Shown here: in pieces, positions 13,526-28,300 of the stretch
Layout: every line of letters begins with the position of its first letter
Position numbering within the stretch: position 1 is the stretch's first letter
NCBI GenBank assembly: GCA_964016885.1
Contig: OZ024741.1
Location: 409,076,001-409,140,000 of the forward strand
Source of the DNA: Eledone cirrhosa
Lineage: Eukaryota
Direction: 5' to 3'
Length of the DNA: 64,000 bases
The notes under the pieces: model-generated
Seen by the model: only the letters and a program-made list of their open reading frames with translations
Told to the model about the DNA's origin: nothing
Databases searched by the model: none
Program-made: the position numbers and the translations under genes

Positions 13526-16500
13526 AAGACTGTGTACGTATTTTAAGAGGAAGCAGATACCTATTTTAAAAGGAAGACTGTGTACCTATTTTAAAAGGGA
13601 GACTGTACCTATTTTAAAAGGAAGACTCTACATATTTTAAAAGGAAGACTGTGTACCTATTTTAAAAGGGAGACTGCACCTATTTTAAGAGGGAGACTGT
13701 ACCTATTTTAAAAGGAAGACTGTACCTATTTTAAAAGGAAGACTGTACCTATTTTAAAAGGAAGACTGTGTACTTATTTTAAAAGGAAGACTGTGTACCT
13801 ATTTTAAAAGGGAGACTATGTACCTATTTTAAGAGGAAGCAGATACCTATTTTAAAAGGAAGACTGTGTACCTATTTTAAAAGGGAGACTGTACCTATTT
13901 TAAAAGGAAGACTGTATCTATTTTAAAAGGAATACTGTACCTATTTTAAAAGGAAGACTGTGTACCTATATTAAAAGGGAGACTGTGTACGTATTTTAAA
14001 AGGAAGACTGTGTACCTATTTTAAAAGGGAGACTTACCTATTTTAAAAGGAAGACTGTACCTATTTTAAAAGGAAGACTGTACCTATTTTAAAAGGAAGA
14101 CTGTGTACCTATTTTAAAAGGGAGACTGTACCTATTTTAAAAGGAAGACTCTACCTATTTTAAAAGGAAGACTGTACCTATTTTAAAAGGAAGACTCTAC
14201 CTATTTTAAAAGGAAGACTGTACCTATTTTAAAAGGAAGACTGTGTACCTATTTTAAAAGGAAGACTGTACCTATTTTAAAAGGAAGACTGTACCTATTT
14301 TAAAAAGAAGACTGTACCTATGTTAAAAGTAAGACTGTACCTATTTTAAAAGGAAGATTGTGTACCTATTTTAAAAGAGAGACTGTACCTATCTTAAAAG
14401 GAAGACTGTACTTATTTTAAAAGGAAGACTGTACCTATTTTAAAAGGGAGACTGTGTACCTATTTTAAAAGGGAGACTGTACCTATTTTAAAAGGAAGAC
14501 TGTGTACCTGTTTTAAAAGGGAGACTGTACCTATTTTAAAAGGGAGACTCTACCTATTTTAAAAGGAAGACTGTACCTATTTTAAAAGGAAGACTGTACC
14601 TATTTTAAAAGGAAGACTGTGTACCTATTTTAAAAGGAAGGCTGTGTACCTATTTTAAAAGGGAGACTATGTACCTATTTTAAGAGGAAGCAGATACCTA
14701 TTTTAAAAGGAAGACTGTGTACCTATTTTAAAAGGGAGACTGTACCTATTTTAAAAGGAAGACTGTGTACCTATTTTAAAAGGAATACTGTACCTATTTT
14801 AAAAGGAAGACTGTGTACCTATATTAAAACGGAGACTGTGTACGTATTTTAAAAGGAAGACTGTGTACCTATTTTAAAAGGGAGACTTACCTATTTTAAA
14901 AGGAAGACTGTACCTATTTTAAAAGGAAGACTGTACCTATTTTAAAAGGAAGACTGTGTACCTATTTTAAAAGGGAGACTGTACCTATTTTAAAAGGAAG
15001 ACTCTACCTATTTTAAAAGGAAGACTGTACCTATTTTAAAAGGAAGACTATGTACCTATTTTAAAAGGAAGACTGTACCTATTTTAAAATGAAGACTGTG
15101 TACCTGTTTTAAAAGGGAGACTGTGTACCTATTTTAAAAGGAAGACTTACCTATTTTAAAAGGAAGACTGTGTACCTATTTTAAAAGGGACACTGTACCT
15201 ATTTTAAAAGGAAGACTGTGTACGTATTTTAAAAGGGAGACTGTGTACCTATTTTAAAAAGAAGACACTACATATTTTAAAAGGAAGACTCTACCTATTT
15301 TAAAAGGAAGACTGTGTACCTATTTTAAAAGGGAGACTGCACCTATTTTAAAAGGGAGATTGTACCTATTTTAAAAGGAAGACTGTACCTATTTTAGAAG
15401 GAAGACTGTACCTATTTTAAAAGGAAGACTGTGTACCTATTTTAAAAGGAAGACTTACCTATTTCAAAAGGAAGACTATGTACCTATTTTAAAAGGGAGA
15501 CTGTGTACCTATTTTAAGAGGAAGAAGATACCTATTTTAAAAGGAAGACCGTGTACCTATATTAAAAGGGAGACTGTACCTATTTTAAAAGGAAGACTGT
15601 ACCTATTTTAAAAGGAAGACTGTACATATTTTAAAAGGAAGACTGTGTACCTATTTTAAAAGGGAAACTGTGTACCTATTTTAAAAGGAAGACTGTACCT
15701 ATTTTAAAAGGAAGACTGTACCTATTTTAAAAGGAAGACTGTACCTATTTTAAAAAGAAGACTGTACCTATTTTAAAAGGAAGACTGTACCTATTTTAAA
15801 AGGAAGATTGTGTACCTATTTTAAAAGAGAGACTGTACCTATTTTAAAAGGAAGACTGTACTTATTTTAAAAGGAAGACTGTACCTATTTTAAAAGGGAG
15901 ACTGTGTACCTATTTTAAAAGGAAGACTGTACCTATTTTAAAAGGAAACTGTACCTATTTTAAAAAGAAGACTGTACCTATTTTAAAAGGAAGACTGTAC
16001 CTATTTTAAAAGGAAGATTGTGTACCTATTTTAAAAGAGAGACTGTACCTATCTTAAAAGGAAGACTGTACTTATTTTAAAAGGAAGACTGTACCTATTT
16101 TAAAAGGGAGACTGTGTACCTATTTTAAAAGGGAGACTGTACCTATTTTAAAAGGAAGACTGTGTACCTGTTTTAAAAGGGAGACTGTACCTATTTTAAA
16201 AGGGAGACTCTACCTATTTTAAAAGGAAGACTCTACATATTTTAAAAGGAAGACTGTGTACTTATTTTAAAAGGGAGACTGCACCTATTTTAAAAGGGAG
16301 ACTGTACCTATTTTAAAAGGAAGACTGTACCTATTTTAAAAGGAAGACTGTACCTATTTTAAAAGAAGACTGTGTACTTATTTTAAAAGGAAGACTGTGT
16401 ACCTATTTTAAAAGGGAGACTATGTACCTATTTTAAGAGGAAGCAGATACCTATTTTAAAAGGAAGACTGTGTACCTATTTTAAAAGGGAGACTGTACCT

Positions 16501-19409
16501 ATTTTAAAAGGAAGACTGTATCTATTTTAAAAGGAATACTGTACTTATTTTAAAAGGAAGACTGTACCTATTTTAAAAAGAAGACTGTACCTATTTTAAA
16601 AGGAAGACTGTACCTATTTTAAAAGGAAGATTGTGTACCTATTTTAAAAGAGAGACTGTACCTATTTTAAAAGGAAGACTGTACTTATTTTAAAAGGAAG
16701 ACTGTACCTATTTTAAAAGGGAGACTGTGTACCTATTTTAAAAGGGAGACTGTACCTATTTTAAAAGGAAGACTGTGTACCTGTTTTAAAAGGGAGACTG
16801 TACCTATTTTAAAAGGGAGACTGTACCTATTTTAAAAGGGAGACTGTACCTATTTTAAAAGGAAGACTGTACCTATTTTAAAAGGAAGACTGTGTACCTA
16901 TTTTAAAAGGAAGGCTGTGTACCTATTTTAAAAGGGAGATTATGTACCTATTTTAAGAGGAAGCAGATACCTATTTTAAAAGGAAGACTGTGTACCTATT
17001 TTAAAAGGGAGACTGTACCTATTTTAAAAGGAAGACTGTATCTATTTTAAAAGGAAGACTGTACCTATTTTAAAAGGAAGACTGTGTACCTATATTAAAA
17101 GGGAGACTGTGTACGTATTTTAAAAGGAAGACTGTGTACCTATTTTAAAAGGGAGACTTACCTATTTTAAAAGGAAGACTGTACCTATTTTAAAAGGAAG
17201 ACTGTACCTATTTTAAAAGGGAGACTGTGTACCTATTTTAAAAGGGAGACTGTGCCTATTTTAAAAGGAAGACTCTACATATTTTAAAAGGAAGACTGTG
17301 TACCTATTTTAAAAGGGAGACTGCACCTATTTTAAGAGGGAGACTGTACCTATTTTAAAAGGAAGACTGTACCTATTTTAAAAGGAAGACTGTACCTATT
17401 TTAAAAGGAAGACTGTGTACTTATTTTAAAAGGAAGAATGTGTACCTATTTGAAAAGGGAGACTATGTACCTATTTTAAGAGGAAGCAGATACCTATTTT
17501 AAAAGGAAGACTGTGTACCTATTTTAAAAGGGAGACTGTACCTATTTTAAAAGGAAGACTGTATCTATTTTAAAAGGAAGACTGTACCTATTTTCAAAGA
17601 GAGACTGTACCTATTTTAAAAGGAAGACTGTACTTATTTTAAAAGGAAGACTGTACCTATTTTAAAAGGGAGACTGTGTACCTATTTTAAAAGGGAGACT
17701 GTACCTATTTTAAAAGGAAGACTGTGTACCTGTTTTAAAAGGGAGACTGTACCTATTTTAAAAGGGAGACTGTACCTATTTTAAAAGGGAGACTGTACGT
17801 ATTTTAAAAGGAAGACTGTGTACCTATTTTAAAAGGGAGACTTACCTATTTTAAAAGGAAGACTGTACCTATTTTAAAAGGAAGACTGTACCTATTTTAA
17901 AAGGAAGACTGTGTACCTATTTTAAAAGGGAGACTGTACCTATTTTAAAAGGAAGACTCTACCTATTTTAAAAGGAAGACTGTACCTATTTTAAAAGGAA
18001 GACTGTGTACCTATTTTAAAAGGGAGACTTACCTATTTTAAAAGGAAGACTGTACCTATTTTAAAAGGAAGACTGTACCTATTTTAAAAGGAAGACTGTG
18101 TACCTATTTTAAAAGGAAGACTGTACCTATTTTAAAAGGAAGACTGTACCTATTTTAAAAAGAAGACTGTACCTATGTTAAAAGGAAGACTGTACCTATT
18201 TTAAAAGGAAGATTGTGTACCTATTTTAAAAGAGAGACTGTACCTATCTTAAAAGGAAGACTGTACTTATTTTAAAAGGAAGACTGTACCTATTTTAAAA
18301 GGGAGACTGTGTACCTATTTTAAAAGGGAGACTGTACCTATTTTAAAAGGAAGACTGTGTACCTGTTTTAAAAGGGAGACTTACCTATTTTAAAAGGAAG
18401 ACTGTACCTATTTTAAAAGGAAGACTGTACCTATTTTGAAAGGAAGACTGTGTACCTATTTTAAAAGGGAGACTGTACCTATTTTAAAAGGAAGACTCTA
18501 CCTATTTTAAAAGGAAGACTGTACCTATCTTAAAAGGAAGACTGTGTACCTATTTTAAAAGGAAGACTGTACCTATTTTAAAATGAAGACTGTGTACCTG
18601 TTTTAAAAGGGAGACTGTGTACCTATTTTAAAAGGGAGACTGTGTACCTATTTTAAAAGGAAGAATTACCTATTTTAAAAGGAAGACTGTGTACGTATTT
18701 TAAAAGGGAGACTGTACCTATTTTAAAAGGAAGACTGTGTACGTATTTTAAAAGGAAGACTGTGTACCTATTTTAAAAGGAAGACTCTACCTATTTTAAA
18801 AGGAAGACTGTGTACCTATTTTAAAAGGGAGACTGCACCTATTTTAAAAGGGAGATTGTACCTATTTTAAAAGGAAGACTGTACCTATTTTAGAAGGAAG
18901 ACTGTACCTATTTTAAAAGGAAGACTGTGTACCTATTTTAAAAGGAAGACTGTACCTATTTCAAAAGGAAGACTATGTACCTATTTTAAAAGGGAGACTG
19001 TGTACCTATTTTAAGAGGAAGAAGATACCTATTTTAAAAGGAAGACCGTGTACCTATTTTAAAAGGGAGACTGTACCTATTTTAAAAGGAAGACTGTACC
19101 TATTTTAAAAGGAAGACTGTACCTATTTTAAAAGGGAGACTGTGTACCTATTTTAAAAGGGAGACTGTACCTATTTTAAAAGGAAGACTGTGTACGTATT
19201 TTAAAAGGGAGATGTACCTATTTTAAAAAGAAGACTGTACCTATTTTAAAAGGAAGACTCTACATATTTTAAAAGGAAGACTGTGTACTTATTTTAAAAG
19301 GGAGACTGCACCTATTTTAAGAGGGAGACTGTACCTATTTTAAAAGGAAGACTGTACCTATTTTAAAAGGAAGACTGTACCTATTTTAAAAGGAAGACTG
19401 TGTACTTAT

Positions 19410-22320
19410 TTTAAAAGGAAGACTGTGTACCTATTTTAAAAGGGAGACTATGTACCTATTTTAAGAGGAAGCAGATACCTATTTTAAAAGGAAGACTGTG
19501 TACCTATTTTAAAAGGAAGACTGTATCTATTTTAAAAGGAATACTGTACCTATTTTAAAAGGAAGACTGTGTACCTATATTAAAAGGGAGACTGTGTACG
19601 TATTTTAAAAGGAAGACTGTGTACCTATTTTAAAAGGGACACTTACCTATTTTAAAAGGAAGACTGTACCTATTTTAAAAGGAAGACTGTACCTATTTTA
19701 AAAGGAAGACTGTGTACCTATTTTAAAAGGGAGACTGTACCTATTTTAAAAGGAAGACTCTACCTATTTTAAAAGGAAGACTGTACCTATTTTAAAAGGA
19801 AGACTCTACCTATTTTAAAAGGAAGACTGTACCTATTTTAAAAGGAAGACTGTGTACCTATTTTAAAAGGAAGACTGTACCTATTTTAAAAGGAAGACTG
19901 TACATATTTTAAAAAGAAGACTGTACCTATGTTAAAAGGAAGACTGTACCTATTTTAAAAGGAAGATTGTGTACCTATTTTAAAAGAGAGACTGTACCTA
20001 TCTTAAAAGGAAGACTGTACTTATTTTAAAAGGAAGACTGTACCTATTTTAAAAGGGAGACTGTGTACCTATTTTAAAAGGGAGACTGTACCTATTTTAA
20101 AAGGAAGACTGTGTACCTGTTTTAAAAGGGAGACTGTACCTATTTTAAAAGGGAGACTCTACCTATTTTAAAAGGAAGACTGTACCTATTTTAAAAGGAA
20201 GACTGTACCTATTTTAAAAGGAAGACTGTGTACCTATTTTAAAAGGAAGGCTGTGTACCTATTTTAAAAGGGAGACTATGTACCTATTTTAAGAGGAAGC
20301 AGATACCTATTTTAAAAGGAGGACTGTGTACCTATTTTAAAAGGGAGACTGTACCTATTTTAAAAGGAAGACTGTGTACCTATTTTAAAAGGAATACTGT
20401 ACCTATTTTAAAAGGAAGACTGTGTACCTATATTAAAACGGAGACTGTGTACGTATTTTAAAAGGAAGACTGTGTACCTATTTTAAAAGGGAGACTTACC
20501 TATTTTAAAAGGAAGACTGTACCTATTTTAAAAGGAAGACTGTACCTATTTTAAAAGGAAGACTGTGTACCTATTTTAAAAGGGAGACTGTACCTATTTT
20601 AAAAGGAAGACTCTACCTATTTTAAAAGGAAGACTGTACCTATTTTAAAAGGAAGACTGTGTACCTATTTTAAAAGGAAGACTGTACCTATTTTAAAATG
20701 AAGACTGTGTACCTGTTTTAAAAGGGAGACTGTGTACCTATTTTAAAAGGGAGACTGTGTACCTATTTTAAAAGGAAGACTGTACCTATTTTAAAATGAA
20801 GACTGTGTACCTGTTTTAAAAGGGAGACTGTGTACCTATTTTAAAAGGGAGACTGTGTACCTATTTTAAAAGGAAGACTGTGTACCTATTTTAAAAGGGA
20901 GACTATGTACCTATTTTAAGAGGAAGCAGATACCTATTTTAAAAGGAAGACTGTGTACCTATTTTAAAAGGAAGACTGTATCTATTTTAAAAGGAATACT
21001 GTACCTATTTTAAAAGGAAGACTGTGTACCTATATTAAAAGGGAGACTGTGTACGTATTTTAAAAGGAAGACTGTGTACCTATTTTAAAAGGGAGACTTA
21101 CCTATTTTAAAAGGAAGACTGTACCTATTTTAAAAGGAAGACTGTACCTATTTTAAAAGGAAGACTGTGTACCTATTTTAAAAGGGAGACTGTACCTATT
21201 TTAAAAGGAAGACTCTACCTATTTTAAAAGGAAGACTGTACCTATTTTAAAAGGAAGACTCTACCTATTTTAAAAGGAAGACTGTACCTATTTTAAAAGG
21301 AAGACTGTGTACCTATTTTAAAAGGAAGACTGTACCTATTTTAAAAGGAAGACTGTACATATTTTAAAAAGAAGACTGTACCTATGTTAAAAGGAAGACT
21401 GTACCTATTTTAAAAGGAAGATTGTGTACCTATTTTAAAAGAGAGACTGTACCTATCTTAAAAGGAAGACTGTACTTATTTTAAAAGGAAGACTGTACCT
21501 ATTTTAAAAGGGAGACTGTGTACCTATTTTAAAAGGGAGACTGTACCTATTTTAAAAGGAAGACTGTGTACCTGTTTTAAAAGGGAGACTGTACCTATTT
21601 TAAAAGGGAGACTCTACCTATTTTAAAAGGAAGACTGTACCTATTTTAAAAGGAAGACTGTACCTATTTTAAAAGGAAGACTGTGTACCTATTTTAAAAG
21701 GAAGGCTGTGTACCTATTTTAAAAGGGAGACTATGTACCTATTTTAAGAGGAAGCAGATACCTATTTTAAAAGGAGGACTGTGTACCTATTTTAAAAGGG
21801 AGACTGTACCTATTTTAAAAGGAAGACTGTGTACCTATTTTAAAAGGAATACTGTACCTATTTTAAAAGGAAGACTGTGTACCTATATTAAAACGGAGAC
21901 TGTGTACGTATTTTAAAAGGAAGACTGTGTACCTATTTTAAAAGGGAGACTTACCTATTTTAAAAGGAAGACTGTACCTATTTTAAAAGGAAGACTGTAC
22001 CTATTTTAAAAGGAAGACTGTGTACCTATTTTAAAAGGGAGACTGTACCTATTTTAAAAGGAAGACTCTACCTATTTTAAAAGGAAGACTGTACCTATTT
22101 TAAAAGGAAGACTGTGTACCTATTTTAAAAGGAAGACTGTACCTATTTTAAAATGAAGACTGTGTACCTGTTTTAAAAGGGAGACTGTGTACCTATTTTA
22201 AAAGGGAGACTGTGTACCTATTTTAAAAGGAAGACTGTACCTATTTTAAAATGAAGACTGTGTACCTGTTTTAAAAGGGAGACTGTGTACCTATTTTAAA
22301 AGGGAGACTGTGTACCTATT
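19410..22320. repeat. Direct tandem duplication of a 1455-bp HOR unit, with a further copy at +4951 bp (~25816-27760)
   Basis: GACTATG at 19446/20901/25852, GGAGGACT at 20321/21776/26727, AAACGGAG at 20439/21894/26845. Confidence 0.88.
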
Positions 22321-25300
22321 TTAAAAGGAAGACTTACCTATTTTAAAAGGAAGACTGTGTACCTATTTTAAAAGGGAGACTGTACCTATTTTAAAAGGAA
22401 GACTGTGTACGTATTTTAAAAGGGAGACTGTGTACCTATTTTAAAAAGAAGACTGTACCTATTTTAAAAGGAAGACTCTACCTATTTTAAAAGGAAGACT
22501 GTGTACCTATTTTAAAAGGGAGACTGCACCTATTTTAAAAGGGAGATTGTACCTATTTTAAAAGGAAGACTGTACCTATTTTAGAAGGAAGACTGTACCT
22601 ATTTTAAAAGGAAGACTGTGTACCTATTTTAAAAGGAAGACTTACCTATTTCAAAAGGAAGACTATGTACCTATTTTAAAAGGGAGACTGTGTACCTATT
22701 TTAAGAGGAAGAAGATACCTATTTTAAAAGGAAGACCGTGTACCTATATTAAAAGGGAGACTGTACCTATTTTAAAAGGAAGACTGTACCTATTTTAAAA
22801 GGAAGACTGTACATATTTTAAAAGGAAGACTGTGTACCTATTTTAAAAGGGAAACTGTGTACCTATTTTAAAAGGAAGACTGTACCTATTTTAAAAGGAA
22901 GACTGTACCTATTTTAAAAGGAAGACTGTACCTATTTTAAAAAGAAGACTGTACCTATTTTAAAAGGAAGACTGTACCTATTTTAAAAGGAAGATTGTGT
23001 ACCTATTTTAAAAGAGAGACTGTACCTATTTTAAAAGGAAGACTGTACTTATTTTAAAAGGAAGACTGTACCTATTTTAAAAGGGAGACTGTGTACCTAT
23101 TTTAAAAGGAAGACTGTACCTATTTTAAAAGGAAGACTGTACCTATTTTAAAAAGAAGACTGTACCTATTTTAAAAGGAAGACTGTACCTATTTTAAAAG
23201 GAAGATTGTGTACCTATTTTAAAAGAGAGACTGTACCTATCTTAAAAGGAAGACTGTACTTATTTTAAAAGGAAGACTGTACCTATTTTAAAAGGGAGAC
23301 TGTGTACCTATTTTAAAAGGGAGACTGTACCTATTTTAAAAGGAAGACTGTGTACCTGTTTTAAAAGGGAGACTGTACCTATTTTAAAAGGGAGACTCTA
23401 CCTATTTTAAAAGGAAGACTGTACCTAATTTAAAAGGGAGACTGTACCTATTTTAAAACGAAGACTGTGTACGTATTTTAAAAGGGAGATGTACCTATTT
23501 TAAAAAGAAGACTGTACCTATTTTAAAAGGAAGACTGTGTACTTATTTTAAAAGGGAGACTGCACCTATTTTAAAAGGGAGACTGTACCTATTTTAAAAG
23601 GAAGACTGTATCTATTTTAAAAGGAAGACTGTACCTATTTTAAAAGGAAGACTGTGTACCTATATTAAAAGGGAGACTGTGTACATATTTTAAAAGGAAG
23701 ACTGTGTACCTATTTTAAAAGGGAGACTTACCTATTTTAAAAGGAAGACTGTACCTATTTTAAAAGGAAGACTGTACCTATTTTAAAAGGGAGACTGTGT
23801 ACCTATTTTAAAAGGGAGACTGTGCCTATTTTAAAAGGAAGACTCTACATATTTTAAAAGGAAGACTGTGTACCTATTTTAAAAGGGAGACTGCACCTAT
23901 TTTAAGAGGGAGACTGTACCTATTTTAAAAGGAAGACTGTACCTATTTTAAAAGGAAGACTGTACCTATTTTAAAAGGAAGACTGTGTACTTATTTTAAA
24001 AGGAAGACTGTGTACCTATTTGAAAAGGGAGACTATGTACCTATTTTAAGAGGAAGCAGATACCTATTTTAAAAGGAAGACTGTGTACCTATTTTAAAAG
24101 GGAGACTGTACCTATTTTAAAAGGAAGACTGTATCTATTTTAAAAGGAAGACTGTACCTATTTTCAAAGAGAGACTGTACCTATTTTAAAAGGAAGACTG
24201 TACTTATTTTAAAAGGAAGACTGTACCTATTTTAAAAGGGAGACTGTGTACCTATTTTAAAAGGGAGACTGTACCTATTTTAAAAGGAAGACTGTGTACC
24301 TGTTTTAAAAGGGAGACTGTACCTATTTTAAAAGGGAGACTGTACCTATTTTAAAAGGGAGACTGTACGTATTTTAAAAGGAAGACTGTGTACCTATTTT
24401 AAAAGGGAGACTTACCTATTTTAAAAGGAAGACTGTACCTATTTTAAAAGGAAGACTGTACCTATTTTAAAAGGAAGACTGTGTACCTATTTTAAAAGGA
24501 AGACTGTACCTATTTTAAAAGGAAGACTGTACCTATTTTAAAAAGAAGACTGTACCTATGTTAAAAGGAAGACTGTACCTATTTTAAAAGGAAGATTATG
24601 TACCTATTTTAAAAGAGAGACTGTACCTATCTTAAAAGGAAGACTGTACTTATTTTAAAAGGAAGACTGTACCTATTTTAAAAGGGAGACTGTGTACCTA
24701 TTTTAAAAGGGAGACTGTACCTATTTTAAAAGGAAGACTGTGTACCTGTTTTAAAAGGGAGACTTACCTATTTTAAAAGGAAGACTGTACCTATTTTAAA
24801 AGGAAGACTGTACCTATTTTGAAAGGAAGACTGTGTACCTATTTTAAAAGGGAGACTGTACCTATTTTAAAAGGAAGACTCTACCTATTTTAAAAGGAAG
24901 ACTGTACCTATCTTAAAAGGAAGACTGTGTACCTATTTTAAAAGGAAGACTGTACCTATTTTAAAATGAAGACTGTGTACCTGTTTTAAAAGGGAGACTG
25001 TGTACCTATTTTAAAAGGGAGACTGTGTACCTATTTTAAAAGGAAGAATTACCTATTTTAAAAGGAAGACTGTGTACCTATTTTAAAAGGGAGACTGTAC
25101 CTATTTTAAAAGGAAGACTGTGTACGTATTTTAAAAGGAAGACTGTGTACCTATTTTAAAAGGAAGACTCTACCTATTTTAAAAGGAAGACTGTGTACCT
25201 ATTTTAAAAGGGAGACTGCACCTATTTTAAAAGGGAGATTGTACCTATTTTAAAAGGAAGACTGTACCTATTTTAGAAGGAAGACTGTACCTATTTTAAA

Positions 25301-28300
25301 AGGAAGACTGTGTACCTATTTTAAAAGGAAGACTGTACCTATTTCAAAAGGAAGACTATGTACCTATTTTAAAAGGGAGACTGTGTACCTATTTTAAGAG
25401 GAAGAAGATACCTATTTTAAAAGGAAGACCGTGTACCTATTTTAAAAGGGAGACTGTACCTATTTTAAAAGGAAGACTGTACCTATTTTAAAAGGAAGAC
25501 TGTACCTATTTTAAAAGGAAGACTGTACCTATTTTAAAAGGGAGACTGTGTACCTATTTTAAAAGGGAGACTGTACCTATTTTAAAAGGAAGACTGTGTA
25601 CGTATTTTAAAAGGGAGATGTACCTATTTTAAAAAGAAGACTGTACCTATTTTAAAAGGAAGACTCTACATATTTTAAAAGGAAGACTGTGTACTTATTT
25701 TAAAAGGGAGACTGCACCTATTTTAAGAGGGAGACTGTACCTATTTTAAAAGGAAGACTGTACCTATTTTAAAAGGAAGACTGTACCTATTTTAAAAGGA
25801 AGACTGTGTACTTATTTTAAAAGGAAGACTGTGTACCTATTTTAAAAGGGAGACTATGTACCTATTTTAAGAGGAAGCAGATACCTATTTTAAAAGGAAG
25901 ACTGTGTACCTATTTTAAAAGGAAGACTGTATCTATTTTAAAAGGAATACTGTACCTATTTTAAAAGGAAGACTGTGTACCTATATTAAAAGGGAGACTG
26001 TGTACGTATTTTAAAAGGAAGACTGTGTACCTATTTTAAAAGGGAGACTTACCTATTTTAAAAGGAAGACTGTACCTATTTTAAAAGGAAGACTGTACCT
26101 ATTTTAAAAGGAAGACTGTGTACCTATTTTAAAAGGGAGACTGTACCTATTTTAAAAGGAAGACTCTACCTATTTTAAAAGGAAGACTGTACCTATTTTA
26201 AAAGGAAGACTCTACCTATTTTAAAAGGAAGACTGTACCTATTTTAAAAGGAAGACTGTGTACCTATTTTAAAAGGAAGACTGTACCTATTTTAAAAGGA
26301 AGACTGTACATATTTTAAAAAGAAGACTGTACCTATGTTAAAAGGAAGACTGTACCTATTTTAAAAGGAAGATTGTGTACCTATTTTAAAAGAGAGACTG
26401 TACCTATCTTAAAAGGAAGACTGTACTTATTTTAAAAGGAAGACTGTACCTATTTTAAAAGGGAGACTGTGTACCTATTTTAAAAGGGAGACTGTACCTA
26501 TTTTAAAAGGAAGACTGTGTACCTGTTTTAAAAGGGAGACTGTACCTATTTTAAAAGGGAGACTCTACCTATTTTAAAAGGAAGACTGTACCTATTTTAA
26601 AAGGAAGACTGTACCTATTTTAAAAGGAAGACTGTGTACCTATTTTAAAAGGAAGGCTGTGTACCTATTTTAAAAGGGAGACTATGTACCTATTTTAAGA
26701 GGAAGCAGATACCTATTTTAAAAGGAGGACTGTGTACCTATTTTAAAAGGGAGACTGTACCTATTTTAAAAGGAAGACTGTGTACCTATTTTAAAAGGAA
26801 TACTGTACCTATTTTAAAAGGAAGACTGTGTACCTATATTAAAACGGAGACTGTGTACGTATTTTAAAAGGAAGACTGTGTACCTATTTTAAAAGGGAGA
26901 CTTACCTATTTTAAAAGGAAGACTGTACCTATTTTAAAAGGAAGACTGTACCTATTTTAAAAGGAAGACTGTGTACCTATTTTAAAAGGGAGACTGTACC
27001 TATTTTAAAAGGAAGACTCTACCTATTTTAAAAGGAAGACTGTACCTATTTTAAAAGGAAGACTGTGTACCTATTTTAAAAGGAAGACTGTACCTATTTT
27101 AAAATGAAGACTGTGTACCTGTTTTAAAAGGGAGACTGTGTACCTATTTTAAAAGGGAGACTGTGTACCTATTTTAAAAGGAAGACTGTACCTATTTTAA
27201 AATGAAGACTGTGTACCTGTTTTAAAAGGGAGACTGTGTACCTATTTTAAAAGGGAGACTGTGTACCTATTTTAAAAGGAAGACTTACCTATTTTAAAAG
27301 GAAGACTGTGTACCTATTTTAAAAGGGAGACTGTACCTATTTTAAAAGGAAGACTGTGTACGTATTTTAAAAGGGAGACTGTGTACCTATTTTAAAAAGA
27401 AGACTGTACCTATTTTAAAAGGAAGACTCTACCTATTTTAAAAGGAAGACTGTGTACCTATTTTAAAAGGGAGACTGCACCTATTTTAAAAGGGAGATTG
27501 TACCTATTTTAAAAGGAAGACTGTACCTATTTTAGAAGGAAGACTGTACCTATTTTAAAAGGAAGACTGTGTACCTATTTTAAAAGGAAGACTTACCTAT
27601 TTCAAAAGGAAGACTATGTACCTATTTTAAAAGGGAGACTGTGTACCTATTTTAAGAGGAAGAAGATACCTATTTTAAAAGGAAGACCGTGTACCTATAT
27701 TAAAAGGGAGACTGTACCTATTTTAAAAGGAAGACTGTACCTATTTTAAAAGGAAGACTGTACCTATTTTAAAAGGAAGACTGTACCTATTTTAAAAAGA
27801 AGACTGTACCTATTTTAAAAGGAAGACTGTACCTATTTTAAAAGGAAGATTGTGTACCTATTTTAAAAGAGAGACTGTACCTATTTTAAAAGGAAGACTG
27901 TACTTATTTTAAAAGGAAGACTGTACCTATTTTAAAAGGGAGACTGTGTACCTATTTTAAAAGGAAGACTGTACCTATTTTAAAAGGAAGACTGTACCTA
28001 TTTTAAAAAGAAGACTGTACCTATTTTAAAAGGAAGACTGTACCTATTTTAAAAGGAAGATTGTGTACCTATTTTAAAAGAGAGACTGTACCTATCTTAA
28101 AAGGAAGACTGTACTTATTTTAAAAGGAAGACTGTACCTATTTTAAAAGGGAGACTGTGTACCTATTTTAAAAGGGAGACTGTACCTATTTTAAAAGGAA
28201 GACTGTGTACCTGTTTTAAAAGGGAGACTGTACCTATTTTAAAAGGGAGACTCTACCTATTTTAAAAGGAAGACTGTACCTAATTTAAAAGGGAGACTGT